A stretch of DNA of 64,000 bases from contig CAYWLV010000001.1 of assembly GCA_964459595.1 (NCBI GenBank), positions 84,056 through 148,055 on the forward strand, written 5' to 3'. A program made the translations under genes and the position numbers. This document shows, piece after piece, positions 26,391 through 38,865 of the stretch (positions are counted from its first letter, which is position 1; each line of letters starts with the position of its first letter). The notes beneath the pieces were generated by a model. The model saw only the letters and a list, made by a program, of their open reading frames with translations. It ran no database searches and was not told the DNA's origin. Origin of the DNA: an uncultured Gammaproteobacteria bacterium (GTDB lineage Bacteria > Patescibacteriota > Microgenomatia > UBA1406 > GWC2-37-13).

Positions 26391-28202
26391 ATGTCCTCTA
26401 TTCGCAACTTCGCAATTATCGCGCATGTAGACCATGGCAAGAGCACTCTTGCTGATCGTTTATTGGAGTTAACCGGAGTTGTATCTGCTGGAAACCATGA
26501 AGAACAGATGCTCGATCGCAATCCTGTCTCGCGTGAACGTGGTATCACCATAAAACTTGCACCGGTAAAGATGATATATAGAAGACAGAAGATAGAAGAA
26601 AGAAGTATGAATGACTCAAATCTAGATTCTGACTTCACTATTCTGAATTTAATAGATACACCTGGACATGTGGACTTTTCCTATGAAGTAGACCGAACAC
26701 TAGCCTGTGTGGATGGGGTGATTTTACTTGTTGATGCGACACAGGGGATACAAGCACAAACAATCGCCAATGCCTATAAAGCTCTTGAGAAAAATCTTGT
26801 CATTATTCCAGTCATCAATAAAATTGATATGCCGGGAGCTGAGGTTGAGAAAACAAGAAAACAGATTATGGACTTTCTGGGTATCCGGGCAGATGAAATG
26901 TATGAAATATCAGCAAAAACCGGAGAAGGAGTGCAAAAGGTATTAGATGCAGTGATTGAAAAAATTCCAGCACCGACAATTTTAGAACACAACTTAAAAG
27001 ATACACAGAACGAAGAACGGAGAACGACGAACTTTAAGCTACAAGCTCTCATTTTTGACTCATATTACGATACTCACAAAGGCGTGATTGCATTTGTACG
27101 CGTGTTTGGCGGCTCGATAAAACGAGGAATGACAGTAAAAATGGCTCATGAAGGGGGCACGTTTATTGTGTCTGAAGTGGGGATTTTCAAACCAGATCTC
27201 ACCACAACCGAAGAAGTAAAAGATGGAGAAATAGGCTATGTTGCCACCAATTTAAAAGATATTCATGCAATTCAAATTGGAGACACAATGCAACTTCCCA
27301 AAGATGATACTCCTCCCCTTCCTGGGTATAAAAAAGTGAAGCCGATGGTGTATGCAAGTATCTTTCCTACAGATACAAACGATTATCTCAATTTTAAAAA
27401 AGCACTAGAAAAGTTATATCTCACAGATAGCGCCCTCGACTTTAGTGGTATATACAGTACGGCGCTTGGTGCAGGATTTCGCGTGGGATTCTTGGGATTA
27501 CTTCATGCAGATGTTGTACGAGAACGACTTGAACGCGAATATGAGCTGAGCCTTGTTCTTACCCCCCCACAAGTAGAGTTCAAAATAGAAGATGGACGTT
27601 TTTTTGAGCCGATTGTAAAAATATTTATTTATACTCCAGAAAACTACACGGGAGCCGTTATGAAAGTGTGTGAAGAACATCGGGCCAAATTTATCACCAT
27701 GGACAATACCAATCAAATTGCACTCACTTATGAGATGCCACTAGCTGAGCTTATCACCGACTTTTTTGATCAACTGAAAAGCAAAACAAGCGGTTATGCT
27801 TCACTCGATTGGGAAATTCTTCGTTATGAGATGGCAGATGCAAATAAAATGGAACTACTTATCAACAATGATCCCGTTGAAGAGTTCTCAGAAATTGTAG
27901 TAACGGAACGAGCACAAGAGAAAGCGCAGTTTCTCACCAAGCGTTTAAAAGACCTCATCCCTCGTCAACAGTATGAAGTAAAAATTCAAGCAAAATATAA
28001 AGGAAAGATTATTGCTAGTGAGCGGATATCGCCATTTAGAAAAAATGTATTAATTCATAATAGTAAGGTAGTGGGGGCGGGAGACGTGGGAAGAAAAAAT
28101 AAGTTATTGGAAAAGCAAAAAGAGGGTAAAAAACTCATGAAAGCTGTAGGGAAAGTGGAAATCCCGAAAGATGCGTTTATGAAACTCTTCAAAAAGGATT
28201 AA
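26391..28202 (+). CDS. lepA: Translation elongation factor 4
   Basis: IRNFAIIAHVDHGKSTLADRLL...LIDTPGHVDF...C-terminal KLLEKQKEGKKLMK. The G domain holds two low-complexity inserts. Confidence 0.95.
   Translation: MSSIRNFAIIAHVDHGKSTLADRLLELTGVVSAGNHEEQMLDRNPVSRERGITIKLAPVKMIYRRQKIEERSMNDSNLDSDFTILNLIDTPGHVDFSYEVDRTLACVDGVILLVDATQGIQAQTIANAYKALEKNLVIIPVINKIDMPGAEVEKTRKQIMDFLGIRADEMYEISAKTGEGVQKVLDAVIEKIPAPTILEHNLKDTQNEERRTTNFKLQALIFDSYYDTHKGVIAFVRVFGGSIKRGMTVKMAHEGGTFIVSEVGIFKPDLTTTEEVKDGEIGYVATNLKDIHAIQIGDTMQLPKDDTPPLPGYKKVKPMVYASIFPTDTNDYLNFKKALEKLYLTDSALDFSGIYSTALGAGFRVGFLGLLHADVVRERLEREYELSLVLTPPQVEFKIEDGRFFEPIVKIFIYTPENYTGAVMKVCEEHRAKFITMDNTNQIALTYEMPLAELITDFFDQLKSKTSGYASLDWEILRYEMADANKMELLINNDPVEEFSEIVVTERAQEKAQFLTKRLKDLIPRQQYEVKIQAKYKGKIIASERISPFRKNVLIHNSKVVGAGDVGRKNKLLEKQKEGKKLMKAVGKVEIPKDAFMKLFKKD
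26579..26610. repeat. In-frame AGAAGAY-type heptamer tract in lepA
   Basis: tagaagacagaagatagaagaaagaagtatg encodes RRQKIEERSM. It shares tagaagacagaag with 20806 and 44146. Confidence 0.65.
27005..27032. repeat. In-frame heptamer tract (AGAACGN) in lepA
   Basis: cagaacg|aagaacg|gagaacg|acgaact encodes TQNEERRTTN. Confidence 0.6.
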
Positions 28203-28230
28203 TGATCACTACAAGACTACTGCACTCCCT

Positions 28231-28354
28231 CAATTTTTAATTTTAAATTATTAATTTCTAATCAATAGTTAATGACTTAATTTTTAAAAAGTTTATAAAT
28301 TAAAATATAGTTAAAAATTAAAAATTAGATATTAAAAATTAAGATGAAAATTAG
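28231..28354. repeat. Family-B AT-only heptamer hairpin element B1
   Basis: T-rich left arm caatttttaattttaaattattaattt and A-rich right arm ttaaaaa|ttaaaaa|ttagata|ttaaaaa|ttaagat. Confidence 0.65.
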
Positions 28355-28357
28355 TTG

Positions 28358-29314
28358 TTAGCTTGCTATAAAGTACTTCTTAAAGTAAGTTCTTTGACGT
28401 TTTGCATACTGTACTTCTTTTGTCGCCCACTGACGTTTTGCCTCAGTCAGCGATAGCTCATTATTATGATATGCAATGAGCTGTCGATATCCCAAGGCGT
28501 TTAACCCTGGATCTGTTGCTCTATATCCCTCATCAAGAAGCTTGTGTACCTCCTCAAGTGCTCCCTGCTCTATTCGTTGCTCTACACGAAGGGTGATTTT
28601 TTCATGTGCAATTTCTTGATTTAGGTGAAAAAATGGAAGATATGAAATCGATACAGCCTCTTGCACACCTCGGAGGTGTGTAAGGCGGGAGGTGAGGGTT
28701 TCTTGCGTATTATGGGGTGGAAGAGAGGTTAATCCCGCTTGAGCAATCTCTATTCTGCGTATGAGTCTTTGTGAGTTGTTGCGATCACTGTTATTAAGTT
28801 CAACGAGAAGTTGTTTATTTTCCTTTTCAAGAATTGATTGCAGCTCTTCAATCGTTTTGCCCTGTAATGATTTGCGAAGATCCCAATTTTCCTGCACTCC
28901 AATATTTGGTGTACCAAAGAGCAGATGACGCAGATAGTAGCCTGTACCTCCAACTAGAATCGGAGTTTTACCTCGACCAATTATATCTTTAATTACCGAC
29001 TCTGCTATCGTGCAATAGTCAGAAGATGAAAAAGGGATTTTAGGATCAACAATATCATACAGCCAAACCTTTGCTGAATGCTGAAAGGCTGAGGAGGAAA
29101 GCTCATAATATCCAATTTCATATTTTTCTTTTGTTAAACTTTGAACTTTAAACCTTGAACTTTTAGCTATGTCTTTTCCAGTGATGATATCAAGTTTTTT
29201 ATAGATTTGTCGAGAATCAAAGTTTACAATTTCACCATTATGAGTGGCTGTAAGTTCGAGAGCTTTGGCAGATTTTCCGGTCGCCGTTTGACCGAAAAGG
29301 ACGAAGACATTCAT
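28358..29314 (-). CDS. miaA: tRNA dimethylallyltransferase
   Basis: VLFGQTATGKSAKALEL...LVGGTGYYLRHLL. It contains an in-frame REP copy. Confidence 0.9.
   Translation of the reverse strand: MNVFVLFGQTATGKSAKALELTATHNGEIVNFDSRQIYKKLDIITGKDIAKSSRFKVQSLTKEKYEIGYYELSSSAFQHSAKVWLYDIVDPKIPFSSSDYCTIAESVIKDIIGRGKTPILVGGTGYYLRHLLFGTPNIGVQENWDLRKSLQGKTIEELQSILEKENKQLLVELNNSDRNNSQRLIRRIEIAQAGLTSLPPHNTQETLTSRLTHLRGVQEAVSISYLPFFHLNQEIAHEKITLRVEQRIEQGALEEVHKLLDEGYRATDPGLNALGYRQLIAYHNNELSLTEAKRQWATKEVQYAKRQRTYFKKYFIAS
28664..28683. repeat. REP palindrome, copy 3, in frame inside miaA
   Basis: cacacctcggaggtgtgtaa is identical to the copies at 35804-35823 and 36584-36603. It encodes LTHLRGV on the minus strand. 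Confidence 0.8.
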
Positions 29315-29322
29315 AATAGGTT

Positions 29323-29450
29323 TAAATCCTAAATCCTAAAAACTAAATCCTAATCAAACCCTAAATAAAAAATATCAAACACTAAAAGAAATATTTTAGG
29401 ATTTGAGACTTTGTATTTATTTTTATAGAGTTTAGGGTTTAGGATTCAGA
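29323..29450. repeat. Family-A heptamer hairpin element A5
   Basis: Left arm aaatcct|aaatcct|aaaaact|aaatcct, reversed box near 29411-29424, right arm tagagtttagggtttaggattcaga. Confidence 0.75.
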
Positions 29451-29458
29451 GTCTGTAT

Positions 29459-30331
29459 TCACTTGTGTTTTTGCATTTTTGCTGCGTCTACCAAGTTTTT
29501 GAAGAGATAAAGTACATCAAGAGGTCCAACTCCTCCTGGAGTTGAGGTGTAATACGCTGCAATTGGGTCTACCTCTTTTTCGTCATAATCACCCTTTAAT
29601 TTATCATGTTCTTTACGAACTCCAACATTTACGAGAACAACTCCCTGTTTTAACATCGAAGAAGTAAGAATTTTTTTCCCAACAGCAGGAATGATGATAT
29701 CTGCTTCTTTATAGTACTCTTCAGGATTGGGTGTTTGGGAATTGATTCCCATAAAGTTAATCTTTATTTCGCTAAAAGTCTTTACAATAGGTCTTCCCCC
29801 AGTAATTCCCTTTCCGATTACTATTATTTGTTTATGTTTAAGGACACGGCGAAGAGCTTCGAAGTCCTTTTTTTTGTCGATAAACAATGCTCCATCCATT
29901 TTAGGATGAATATAAATGTGTTTTAAAATAGTGAGGATAGCAAGGCCAAGAGGTGAGAAAAACTCCGTTTTACGACGATGTCCTTCTATTTCTTTTTCTA
30001 ACGCTATAAAATCATACAAGCTCTCTGTGACGAGCTGGGGAGGGAGGGGTTGTTGAACAATAATTCCGGTCACTTCTGGATGTTGACTCATCTCTTTTAT
30101 TTTGCGCATAAAAGGCTCAAAAGAGGGTACAGTTTCGTATTGAATAAACTCAAAAAGAATTCCTAAACGCTTAGCAGTTTGTTGCTTGATATGTACAAAT
30201 GAAAGTTGTTCAGGGGAGTTTCCAACCAAAAAAACCACCACTTTAAGCTTTCTTTTTTTGCTTAATTTAGCCACTTCTTGCTTCAACTCGGCTTCAAGGG
30301 TTTCTACCAACTTTTTTACCGGTATTATCAT
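29459..30331 (-). CDS. folD: Bifunctional methylenetetrahydrofolate dehydrogenase/cyclohydrolase
   Basis: VGNSPEQLSFV...PAVGKK...STPGGVGPL. I prefer the ATG at 30331 over the TTG at 30355. Confidence 0.9.
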   Translation of the reverse strand: MIIPVKKLVETLEAELKQEVAKLSKKRKLKVVVFLVGNSPEQLSFVHIKQQTAKRLGILFEFIQYETVPSFEPFMRKIKEMSQHPEVTGIIVQQPLPPQLVTESLYDFIALEKEIEGHRRKTEFFSPLGLAILTILKHIYIHPKMDGALFIDKKKDFEALRRVLKHKQIIVIGKGITGGRPIVKTFSEIKINFMGINSQTPNPEEYYKEADIIIPAVGKKILTSSMLKQGVVLVNVGVRKEHDKLKGDYDEKEVDPIAAYYTSTPGGVGPLDVLYLFKNLVDAAKMQKHK

Positions 30332-30393
30332 TTGTGTACGTGAATTATACCACAAATACAGCTAAAAAGCGAGACTATAGGAGGGCTTTTAAA

Positions 30394-30516
30394 ACACTAA
30401 ATCCTAAAAACTAAACCCTAAACAAATCCTAAATAGGTACAAAATAGGCGCTAAATACCTGTCGATTAGATTTTGGCAAATTTGAATAAAATTTATGATT
30501 TAGGATTTAGTGTTTG
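30394..30516. repeat. Family-A heptamer hairpin element A6
   Basis: Left arm acactaaatcctaaaaactaaaccctaaacaaatcctaaat, right arm atgatttaggatttagtgtttg. Confidence 0.7.
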
Positions 30517-30527
30517 CTCATTTAGCC

Positions 30528-33098
30528 TTAGATCAGAGTTGCGCTTACCACTTTGTCTGCCTTATCGGAAAATCGCATAAGAATTACTCCTTTTGCAGTG
30601 CGTGAGCGTGCGGGAATGGATGCTAATGGAATCTTGACGATTTGACCAGAAGAACTTGTCATAATAATAGTAGTATCATCTGGATTGACGATTTGTACGA
30701 ATCCTATACTTCCCATTTTTTCATCAACCGATGCCACCTTTACTCCCTTGCCACCTCTGTGTTGTCCTTTAAAGAGGAGAAGGCTGGTTTTTTTCCCAAT
30801 TCCCTTTTCTCCAATAACAATTATATTTTTTTTGTATTCTTCTTGAGTAAACACATCAGCTGCTGCAACTAAATCTCCATCTGTAAGTTCAATTCCACGA
30901 ACGCCGATTGATGATCTCCCCGTGTGTCGAACCTCTTTTTCCTTAAAGACAATTGCCTTACCATGTTTGGTAGTGATGATTGCATTCATGTCTCCATCGG
31001 TCATCTTGACCCAAAGCAATTCGTCATTTTCTTCAAGCTTTATTGCAATGATTCCATTTGATCGAATATTTTCAAACTCTTCAAACGTTGTCTTCTTAAC
31101 GGTTCCTTGTTTGGTGAACATCATGACATACTTTTTTTGGAATGCCGCCATTTGTTCTTGTTTTGAAGTGACGGCTCCTGATGGGCCATATGTGAGCACA
31201 GAAGTTACTGTTTCCTCTGGTCTGAGAGCCAATAAATTCACAATAGCCTTCCCTTTGGAAATACGTGAACCAACAGGAATATCCCATACACGAGTTTGGA
31301 ACATTCTTCCCTGATTGGTAAAGAAGAGTGTATAGTCATGTGTCATTGCGGTTGTTATGTAGTACACGTTGTCAGTGTCCTTTGTTTCAATTCCAGACAC
31401 ACCTTTACCACCTCTATTTTGCACACGGAAAGTTTCTCGAGGAACTTGTTTAATATATCCTTCTTTGGTGAGTACAACAATTACTTCTTTGTTTTCGATT
31501 AACTCTTCATCGGTGATTTCTCCTGGGCGAGATTTTACCACTTTGGTTCTTCGTTCATCTCCATATCGTTTTGAAAGATCTAAGAGTTCATCCTTTATAA
31601 CTCCTAAGATTTTAAATACATCGCGCAAAAGTGACTCAAGATAGGCGATGAGTTTTTTGAGCTCTTTTAACTCTTCCTCAATTTTTGATCGTTCCAAACC
31701 TGTAAGTCGTTTTAGTTGCATATCTAGAATAGCCTGAGATTGCAAATCTGAAAGACCAAACTTTTTCATGAGTTTTGATTTTGCATCTGGTTCATCTTTG
31801 GCTTTCTTGATGATTTCTACAACCTCATCAATGTTATCTAGAGCAATGATATACCCCTCCAGGATATGAGCTCTATATTTTGCTTGACGAAGCTGATGTT
31901 CGGTTCGTCGTGTGATAACTGCAACACGATGTCTTAAGTATTGTTCAAGAATGGAGTGGAGACCAAGCGTTTGTGGAACACCATCTACCAATGCAACAAT
32001 ATTGATTGGAAAAGATGTTTGCATTTCTGTGAATTTGAAGAGATTGTTCAATACTTTTTTGTATTGTGCATCGCGTTTCAGTTCTATCACCACACGAATT
32101 CCATCTCGATCCGACTCATCTCGAAGGTCTGATATGCCCACAATTTTTTTGTCAATCACCAAATGAGCAATTTTTTCAACAAGATTTGCCTTATTTACTT
32201 GATAAGGGAGTTGTCGAATAACAATTGAAAGTCGTCCTTTGTCTAGTTCTTCTTCTTCAACTTTTGCACGAATAAGTACTTTACCTTTTCCCGTTATATA
32301 AGCTTGTTTTATTTCGTTCCACCCATAAATAATTCCGTGGGTAGGAAAGTCGGGTCCTTTTATATGTTCTAGAAGTTCATCTATTGTTACATCATAGGCA
32401 AGTGGTACGTCGGTGGGTTTGAGGAGCTTTTCTTCTTTTGGAGTTACTGTCTTTTTAGCTTTATCAATCATGAGACATATAGCTCCAACCAGTTCATTTA
32501 AATTATGTGGTGGTATTTTTGTTGCCATACCGACAGCAATTCCTTCTGCACCCATGAGAAGCAAATTGGGAAGCTTAGCTGGCACATAGAGCGGCTCTTT
32601 AAGTGTGGCATCAAAGTTGTCTGTCCAGTCGACTGTCTCGCGATCAATATCATCCATCAACTCATCAGCTATTTTGCTCAATTTTACTTCAGTATAACGC
32701 ATCGCAGCTGGAGGGTCTCCATCGATAGACCCGAAATTTCCCTGCCCCTTTACGAGTGGATAACGCATCGAAAAATCTTGAGCAAGACGAGCAAGTGCGT
32801 CGTATACGGAAGCGTCTCCATGGGGATGATACTTACCTAACACCTCTCCGACAACCTTTGCACTTTTTGAAAATCGCGCACCAGAGGTGAGTCCAAGCTT
32901 ATACATTGCATACAAAATACGTCTATGAACAGGTTTTAGTCCATCTCGGATATCTGGAAGTGCTCTTGACACGATGACAGACATCGAGTAGTTTAGATAA
33001 GCTCGTTTCATGATAGAAACTATTTCTTGATTCACTAATCCCGAATTTGCAGGGAGTATTGGTGACTCTGTTAGTTCTTCTGGTTTTTTTTCATCCAT
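30528..33098 (-). CDS. gyrA: DNA gyrase subunit A
   Basis: [32 protein letters not shown]...GKYHPHGD; 856 aa, full length. Confidence 0.97.
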   Translation of the reverse strand: MDEKKPEELTESPILPANSGLVNQEIVSIMKRAYLNYSMSVIVSRALPDIRDGLKPVHRRILYAMYKLGLTSGARFSKSAKVVGEVLGKYHPHGDASVYDALARLAQDFSMRYPLVKGQGNFGSIDGDPPAAMRYTEVKLSKIADELMDDIDRETVDWTDNFDATLKEPLYVPAKLPNLLLMGAEGIAVGMATKIPPHNLNELVGAICLMIDKAKKTVTPKEEKLLKPTDVPLAYDVTIDELLEHIKGPDFPTHGIIYGWNEIKQAYITGKGKVLIRAKVEEEELDKGRLSIVIRQLPYQVNKANLVEKIAHLVIDKKIVGISDLRDESDRDGIRVVIELKRDAQYKKVLNNLFKFTEMQTSFPINIVALVDGVPQTLGLHSILEQYLRHRVAVITRRTEHQLRQAKYRAHILEGYIIALDNIDEVVEIIKKAKDEPDAKSKLMKKFGLSDLQSQAILDMQLKRLTGLERSKIEEELKELKKLIAYLESLLRDVFKILGVIKDELLDLSKRYGDERRTKVVKSRPGEITDEELIENKEVIVVLTKEGYIKQVPRETFRVQNRGGKGVSGIETKDTDNVYYITTAMTHDYTLFFTNQGRMFQTRVWDIPVGSRISKGKAIVNLLALRPEETVTSVLTYGPSGAVTSKQEQMAAFQKKYVMMFTKQGTVKKTTFEEFENIRSNGIIAIKLEENDELLWVKMTDGDMNAIITTKHGKAIVFKEKEVRHTGRSSIGVRGIELTDGDLVAAADVFTQEEYKKNIIVIGEKGIGKKTSLLLFKGQHRGGKGVKVASVDEKMGSIGFVQIVNPDDTTIIMTSSSGQIVKIPLASIPARSRTAKGVILMRFSDKADKVVSATLI

Positions 33099-33107
33099 AA
33101 TAAAAAT

Positions 33108-33220
33108 AAAATCCTAAACTCTAAAAACTAAACTCTAAACAAATTCTAAATCATAAATCCTAAATATTTTAGGATTTTGACATAATTGATTAGGATTTAG
33201 GGTTTAGTATTTAGTGTTTG
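33108..33220. repeat. Family-A heptamer hairpin element A7
   Basis: The left arm is aaatcctaaactctaaaaactaaactctaaac. A perfect 10-bp inner stem aaatcctaaa-tat-tttaggattt lies at 33155-33177. The right arm is gattaggatttagggtttagtatttagtgtttg. Confidence 0.8.
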
Positions 33221-33225
33221 CTAAT

Positions 33226-33738
33226 TTACTTCATCCCTGCTTTGATAGAATCATACGCCTTATCTTTACCCAAAAAGCTTTTTGTTTTTACCCATTTTCC
33301 TTTTTCAAGTTCTTTATAGTGATTAAAAAAGTGTTGAATTTTTTTCTTTTCGATTTCATTTAAATCACCAATATCACTTATATGAGCAAAGAAAGGATCT
33401 ACTTTCTCAACGGGGACTGCGAGTATTTTTGTGTCAATTCCTGCTTCATCTTCCATTTCCAACATACCAATGGGTCGCACTGAAATATATACACCTGGCA
33501 TTACCGGGTAGGTTGAAATAACGAGAACATCTACTGGATCTCCATCCTCTGCATGGGTATTGGGAATAAATCCATAGTTGAAAGGATAGACCATGGTGGT
33601 AAACGCAAATCGGTCTACCTTCATAAATCCACTTTCCTTGTCGAGTTCATATTTAATTGGTGAACCTTGAGGGATTTCAATAACGACATTAACTTCATGA
33701 GGAGGGTTTTTTCCGACAGATAATTTAGAGGTGTCCAT
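33226..33738 (-). CDS. ppa: Inorganic pyrophosphatase (family I)
   Basis: [16 protein letters not shown]...[21 protein letters not shown]. Confidence 0.95.
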   Translation of the reverse strand: MDTSKLSVGKNPPHEVNVVIEIPQGSPIKYELDKESGFMKVDRFAFTTMVYPFNYGFIPNTHAEDGDPVDVLVISTYPVMPGVYISVRPIGMLEMEDEAGIDTKILAVPVEKVDPFFAHISDIGDLNEIEKKKIQHFFNHYKELEKGKWVKTKSFLGKDKAYDSIKAGMK

Positions 33739-33801
33739 AATTTAATTTTTAATTTCTAATTTTTATTTAATTTATAAATTAATAATTTAAAATTATAAAT
33801 T
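33739..33801. repeat. Family-B AT-only heptamer hairpin element B2
   Basis: Left arm aatttaatttttaatttctaatttttattt, right arm ataaattaataatttaaaattataaatt. Confidence 0.65.
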
Positions 33802-33810
33802 GCGAGCAAA

Positions 33811-35829
<2,019 letters not shown>

Positions 35830-35871
35830 CTAATCAAAAAATAAAGTTGATATGACAGTCTAAAACACCTT

Positions 35872-35893
35872 ATTTGCGGCTTATAAGCCGTTG
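35872..35893. repeat. Short palindromic motif, copy 2 (atttgcggcttataagccgttg)
   Basis: The core cggcttataagccg at 35877-35890 is a perfect palindrome. The motif is the reverse complement of 21627-21648 apart from one base. Confidence 0.6.
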
Positions 35894-35929
35894 CTTAGGT
35901 TTCAAAAGTTATGATAATAATGTGCAAGC

Positions 35930-36571
35930 ATGAAACGATATACATCATTTGCTTTAGGTGAAATTTATCATATTTGTAATAAAAGTATTTCAAACTATAA
36001 AATTTTTAGAAAAGAAGAATACTCACGACGGTTTTTGGATATTTGTAGTTTTTATAATCTGGAGGAAAAATATAAATATTCAGACTATTTGAGAAAAGAA
36101 AAAACATCTTTATTTCCAAATTTACTCCAATTATCAAGCCCAAAATATACAGTTCTATCATATTGTCTTATGCCTGATCATTATCACATCCTTATTCAAG
36201 CATCCAAAGATACGAATATTTCTAAGTATATTGGCACAATAGAAAACTCATATACAAGATTTTACAACTTGAGAAATAACAGAAAAGGCCCACTTTGGCA
36301 ATCGTCCTTTAGATGTGTACGAATTCAATCTAATGAACAATTACTTCATGTAATTCGATATATTCATCTAAATCCTGTAACGGCTAATTTAGCAACAAAT
36401 CCTCGCGATTGGGAGTTTTCATCTCATGCACTCTATTTACAACATACAATCTTGAATTCTATACCGTATATTTCAATAAAGTCAGTAGAAAACTTTGAGG
36501 CTTTTGTATTAAATAATGCAGATTATCAAAAAAGACTTAGAGTAATTAAAAGTGCCCTTAGGGACTATTAG
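35930..36571 (+). mobile_element. REP-associated tyrosine transposase (RAYT; IS200/IS605-type Y1 HUH transposase family)
   Basis: HUH motif CLMPDHYHILIQ and catalytic Tyr motif IRYIHLNPV. The gene is flanked by identical REP palindromes. Confidence 0.8.
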
Positions 36572-36582
36572 GAGGGCCCGCA

Positions 36583-36603
36583 ACACACCTCGGAGGTGTG
36601 TAA
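36583..36603. repeat. REP palindrome, copy 2 (12 nt downstream of the RAYT stop)
   Basis: acacacctcggaggtgtgtaa is in the same orientation as copy 1. Confidence 0.8.
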
Positions 36604-36620
36604 ATGGCCCATTTTTAATT

Positions 36621-37538
36621 CTATAGCAGAATGATTATGGGGATGAGGATGATGCCAATTGCCATGGTGAATGCAACGAGAGCGCTTGCAAACGGGAGGT
36701 CAAGATCATGCTCCACGGAGAATGCCACAGCTAGCGCAGCTGCAGGTGACGCTGCTGCTATAAGAATTACTTTTTGCCCAATACCTGAAACTGCAAAAAT
36801 AGAAGTAAATATATATGCCAAAAGCAATGAAAAACCCATAATGATTCCAGCGGACAATGCCAATTGAACGAGATTTTTTTTATTTAAGAAGTAACTAAAA
36901 TTAAGCAAAATCCCAATACTTACAAAAAGGAGTGGGTTTACAAATTGTGAAAGTGTAGTTTTAACGTTTGTTATTGGGGCGGGAAGTTGATATCCAGAAA
37001 TTCCTATTATTACTCCGAGAACAAGAGCAAATATCATTGGATTTTTCATAAAAGAGAGTATCCCCTTCTTAATTCCCATTTCTTTTTTATTTCCAAGAGA
37101 TCCTGTTATCAAGTAAACAATCGTCCAGGCCATGAACCCATTTCCCAAATCATACATAAAAAGATATTTCAGGTTTTCAACTCCATAAAATGCTTGGATA
37201 AAAGGAAGTGCAAAAACGAGTGTTGCCGAAATCCCCGAAGCAGCGATGAGCGTTCCGATTGTTTTATTACTAAACTGAAGAGTTTTCCCGGTGAAGTAGC
37301 TGAGCGCAATGAGAATAAGTGAAATAACAATAGAAATTACGGGATAAACAGCAAGCGAATAATCAAACTGTGTACTTGCGAAGGAGAGAAAAACAAGAAG
37401 AGGTAGAGGGAGATAAAAAAGAAACTTAATTGCCTTTCGTGCAAAATCTTCATCGACTATTTTCTTAACTTTCGAAAAATAACCAATAAAAATGAGTGAG
37501 AAAACAGAAATAATGATCTGAAGATTTTTGATTTCCAT
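36621..37538 (-). CDS. AEC-family (auxin efflux carrier-like) membrane transporter
   Basis: About 10 TM helices. The N-terminus IFIGYFSKVKKIVDEDFARKAIKFLFYLPLPLLVF is typical of the AEC/membrane transport family. Confidence 0.65.
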   Translation of the reverse strand: MEIKNLQIIISVFSLIFIGYFSKVKKIVDEDFARKAIKFLFYLPLPLLVFLSFASTQFDYSLAVYPVISIVISLILIALSYFTGKTLQFSNKTIGTLIAASGISATLVFALPFIQAFYGVENLKYLFMYDLGNGFMAWTIVYLITGSLGNKKEMGIKKGILSFMKNPMIFALVLGVIIGISGYQLPAPITNVKTTLSQFVNPLLFVSIGILLNFSYFLNKKNLVQLALSAGIIMGFSLLLAYIFTSIFAVSGIGQKVILIAAASPAAALAVAFSVEHDLDLPFASALVAFTMAIGIILIPIIILL

Positions 37539-37573
37539 AGTATGAATTATACAATAAAAAAATCCCCCTGATT

Positions 37574-37611
37574 GCTCAGAGGGACTTTTTTGATGTGTCT
37601 AGTGTAAACGA
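37574..37611 (-). terminator. Intrinsic terminator downstream of rplL
   Basis: On the minus strand ccctctga-gcaa-tcaggggg forms 8 bp (one G.U) and is followed by aTTTTTTTa. An A-tract precedes it, so it may be bidirectional. Confidence 0.65.
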
Positions 37612-37612
37612 A

Positions 37613-37999
37613 TTACTTCATTTCTACTTTTGCACCGGCAGCTTCTAACTTTTTCTTAGCATCTTCTGCGACATCTTTCTTCGCATCTTTTACTAATTCA
37701 TAAGGTAGAGTTTCTACTGCTTTTTTTGCGTCCATTAATCCAAGTGCTGGATTAACTTCTCGAACTGCTTTAATAACAGCGAGTTTATTGCTCCCGGCTT
37801 CGGTAAGCACAACGGTGAATGAAGTTTTTTCTTCAACTGGTCCCGCTGCTGCTCCTCCTGCTGCTGGTGCTGCTACTGCTGCCATTGCTGTTACGCCGAA
37901 TTTTTCTTCGAGGTATTTTGCAAGTTCAGCCATTTCAAGCACTGTTAATGTTTCAAGTTCTGTTGCGATTTTCTGCATTTTTTCATTGAGTTCAGCCAT
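37613..37999 (-). CDS. rplL: 50S ribosomal protein L7/L12
   Basis: Ala-rich hinge [15 protein letters not shown] and C-terminal domain [22 protein letters not shown]. Confidence 0.95.
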   Translation of the reverse strand: MAELNEKMQKIATELETLTVLEMAELAKYLEEKFGVTAMAAVAAPAAGGAAAGPVEEKTSFTVVLTEAGSNKLAVIKAVREVNPALGLMDAKKAVETLPYELVKDAKKDVAEDAKKKLEAAGAKVEMK

Positions 38000-38006
38000 T
38001 GTGTAT

Positions 38007-38015
38007 CACCTCCTT
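38007..38015 (-). promoter_or_regulatory. Shine-Dalgarno sequence of rplL
   Basis: AAGGAGGTG on the minus strand, 7 nt upstream of the ATG. Confidence 0.65.
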
Positions 38016-38039
38016 TAAATATGGTTAATAGATATAATT

Positions 38040-38112
38040 GTTTCTTGTAACTCGAAACTTGCAACTTGCAACTTTATAAAAAAAGTGTAAGTTAAAAGCT
38101 TCAAGCTACAAA
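38040..38112. repeat. Heptamer hairpin element (AACTTGC flavour) in the rplJ-rplL spacer
   Basis: The left arm is gtaactc|gaaactt|gcaactt|gcaactt. The right arm agtgtaagttaaaagcttcaagctac is imperfectly complementary. Confidence 0.6.
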
Positions 38113-38119
38113 AAAGCAT

Positions 38120-38662
38120 TTAGCCTTTCTTAACTTTAGCGTTCAACACCATAACAAATTTTTGTGTTGGAAATTTGATGTTGTTGACAAAATGTGAAAT
38201 TGGACTCTTCATGCTTCCGATAATTTTTGCCATGAGCTCGCTCTTGCTTGGGAGCTTAGATAATTTATCCATTGACACAGCATCATAGGGAGTCTTATCA
38301 AGGAAACCAAATTTAAATGCAATAGACTTATCTGTTTTGGCTACTTTTGCAAAAGCATTCATGCCCATGCTCCAGTCTTTTCCTAAGCTCACGACTGCTG
38401 TATTTTCTTTAAGATCTTTTGCCATTTTTTGGAATGGGCGAAGATCGCCATGTTCTTTAGAAGCAGCAAGCTTATTGATAGATTTCGTGAAAATGGTGTT
38501 TTTTACCATTTTAACTGTGGCTCCCCCTTTGCGAAGTTCCCGTCTTAATGCTTCAAGAGCTATATGCTTTGTTTTATCAAACTTAAAGAGAGCAAAATTA
38601 TCTGACTTTTTGAGAAAGTCTGTAACAACCGAAAGTTGAGAAAGTTTTTTTTGGTTTTTCAT
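38120..38662 (-). CDS. rplJ: 50S ribosomal protein L10
   Basis: Its position directly upstream of rplL, its size (180 aa) and L10-like ALRRELRKGGATVKMVKNT. Confidence 0.85.
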   Translation of the reverse strand: MKNQKKLSQLSVVTDFLKKSDNFALFKFDKTKHIALEALRRELRKGGATVKMVKNTIFTKSINKLAASKEHGDLRPFQKMAKDLKENTAVVSLGKDWSMGMNAFAKVAKTDKSIAFKFGFLDKTPYDAVSMDKLSKLPSKSELMAKIIGSMKSPISHFVNNIKFPTQKFVMVLNAKVKKG

Positions 38663-38784
38663 GATCGTATCACTTTTTCGCTCGCAAGCGAAATATTCTA
38701 GGAATTAATAATTAAATTTAATGACAAATTGTCAGCCTAGAGTTATAATGACTCTACAAGTATAGCACAGCACACTAAGAATAA

Positions 38785-38860
38785 CAAATCCTAAACTCTA
38801 AACAAAACCTAAATTTGAAATTTAGTATTTTATTGAATCCATTTGTTTAGGATTTAGAGC
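38785..38860. repeat. Family-A heptamer hairpin element A8 (short)
   Basis: Left arm caaatcctaaactctaaacaaaacctaaat, right arm atttgtttaggatttagagc. Confidence 0.75.
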
Positions 38861-38865
38861 TTAAC

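Noticed and set aside
38663-38770. A possible L10 (rplJ) autoregulatory leader or promoter, with hairpins tgaca-att-tgtca and ttcgct-tgc-gagcgaa.
   Set aside because: The stems are short, and I cannot match them to the L10-leader consensus or to a convincing -35/-10 pair by eye. A covariance-model scan is needed.
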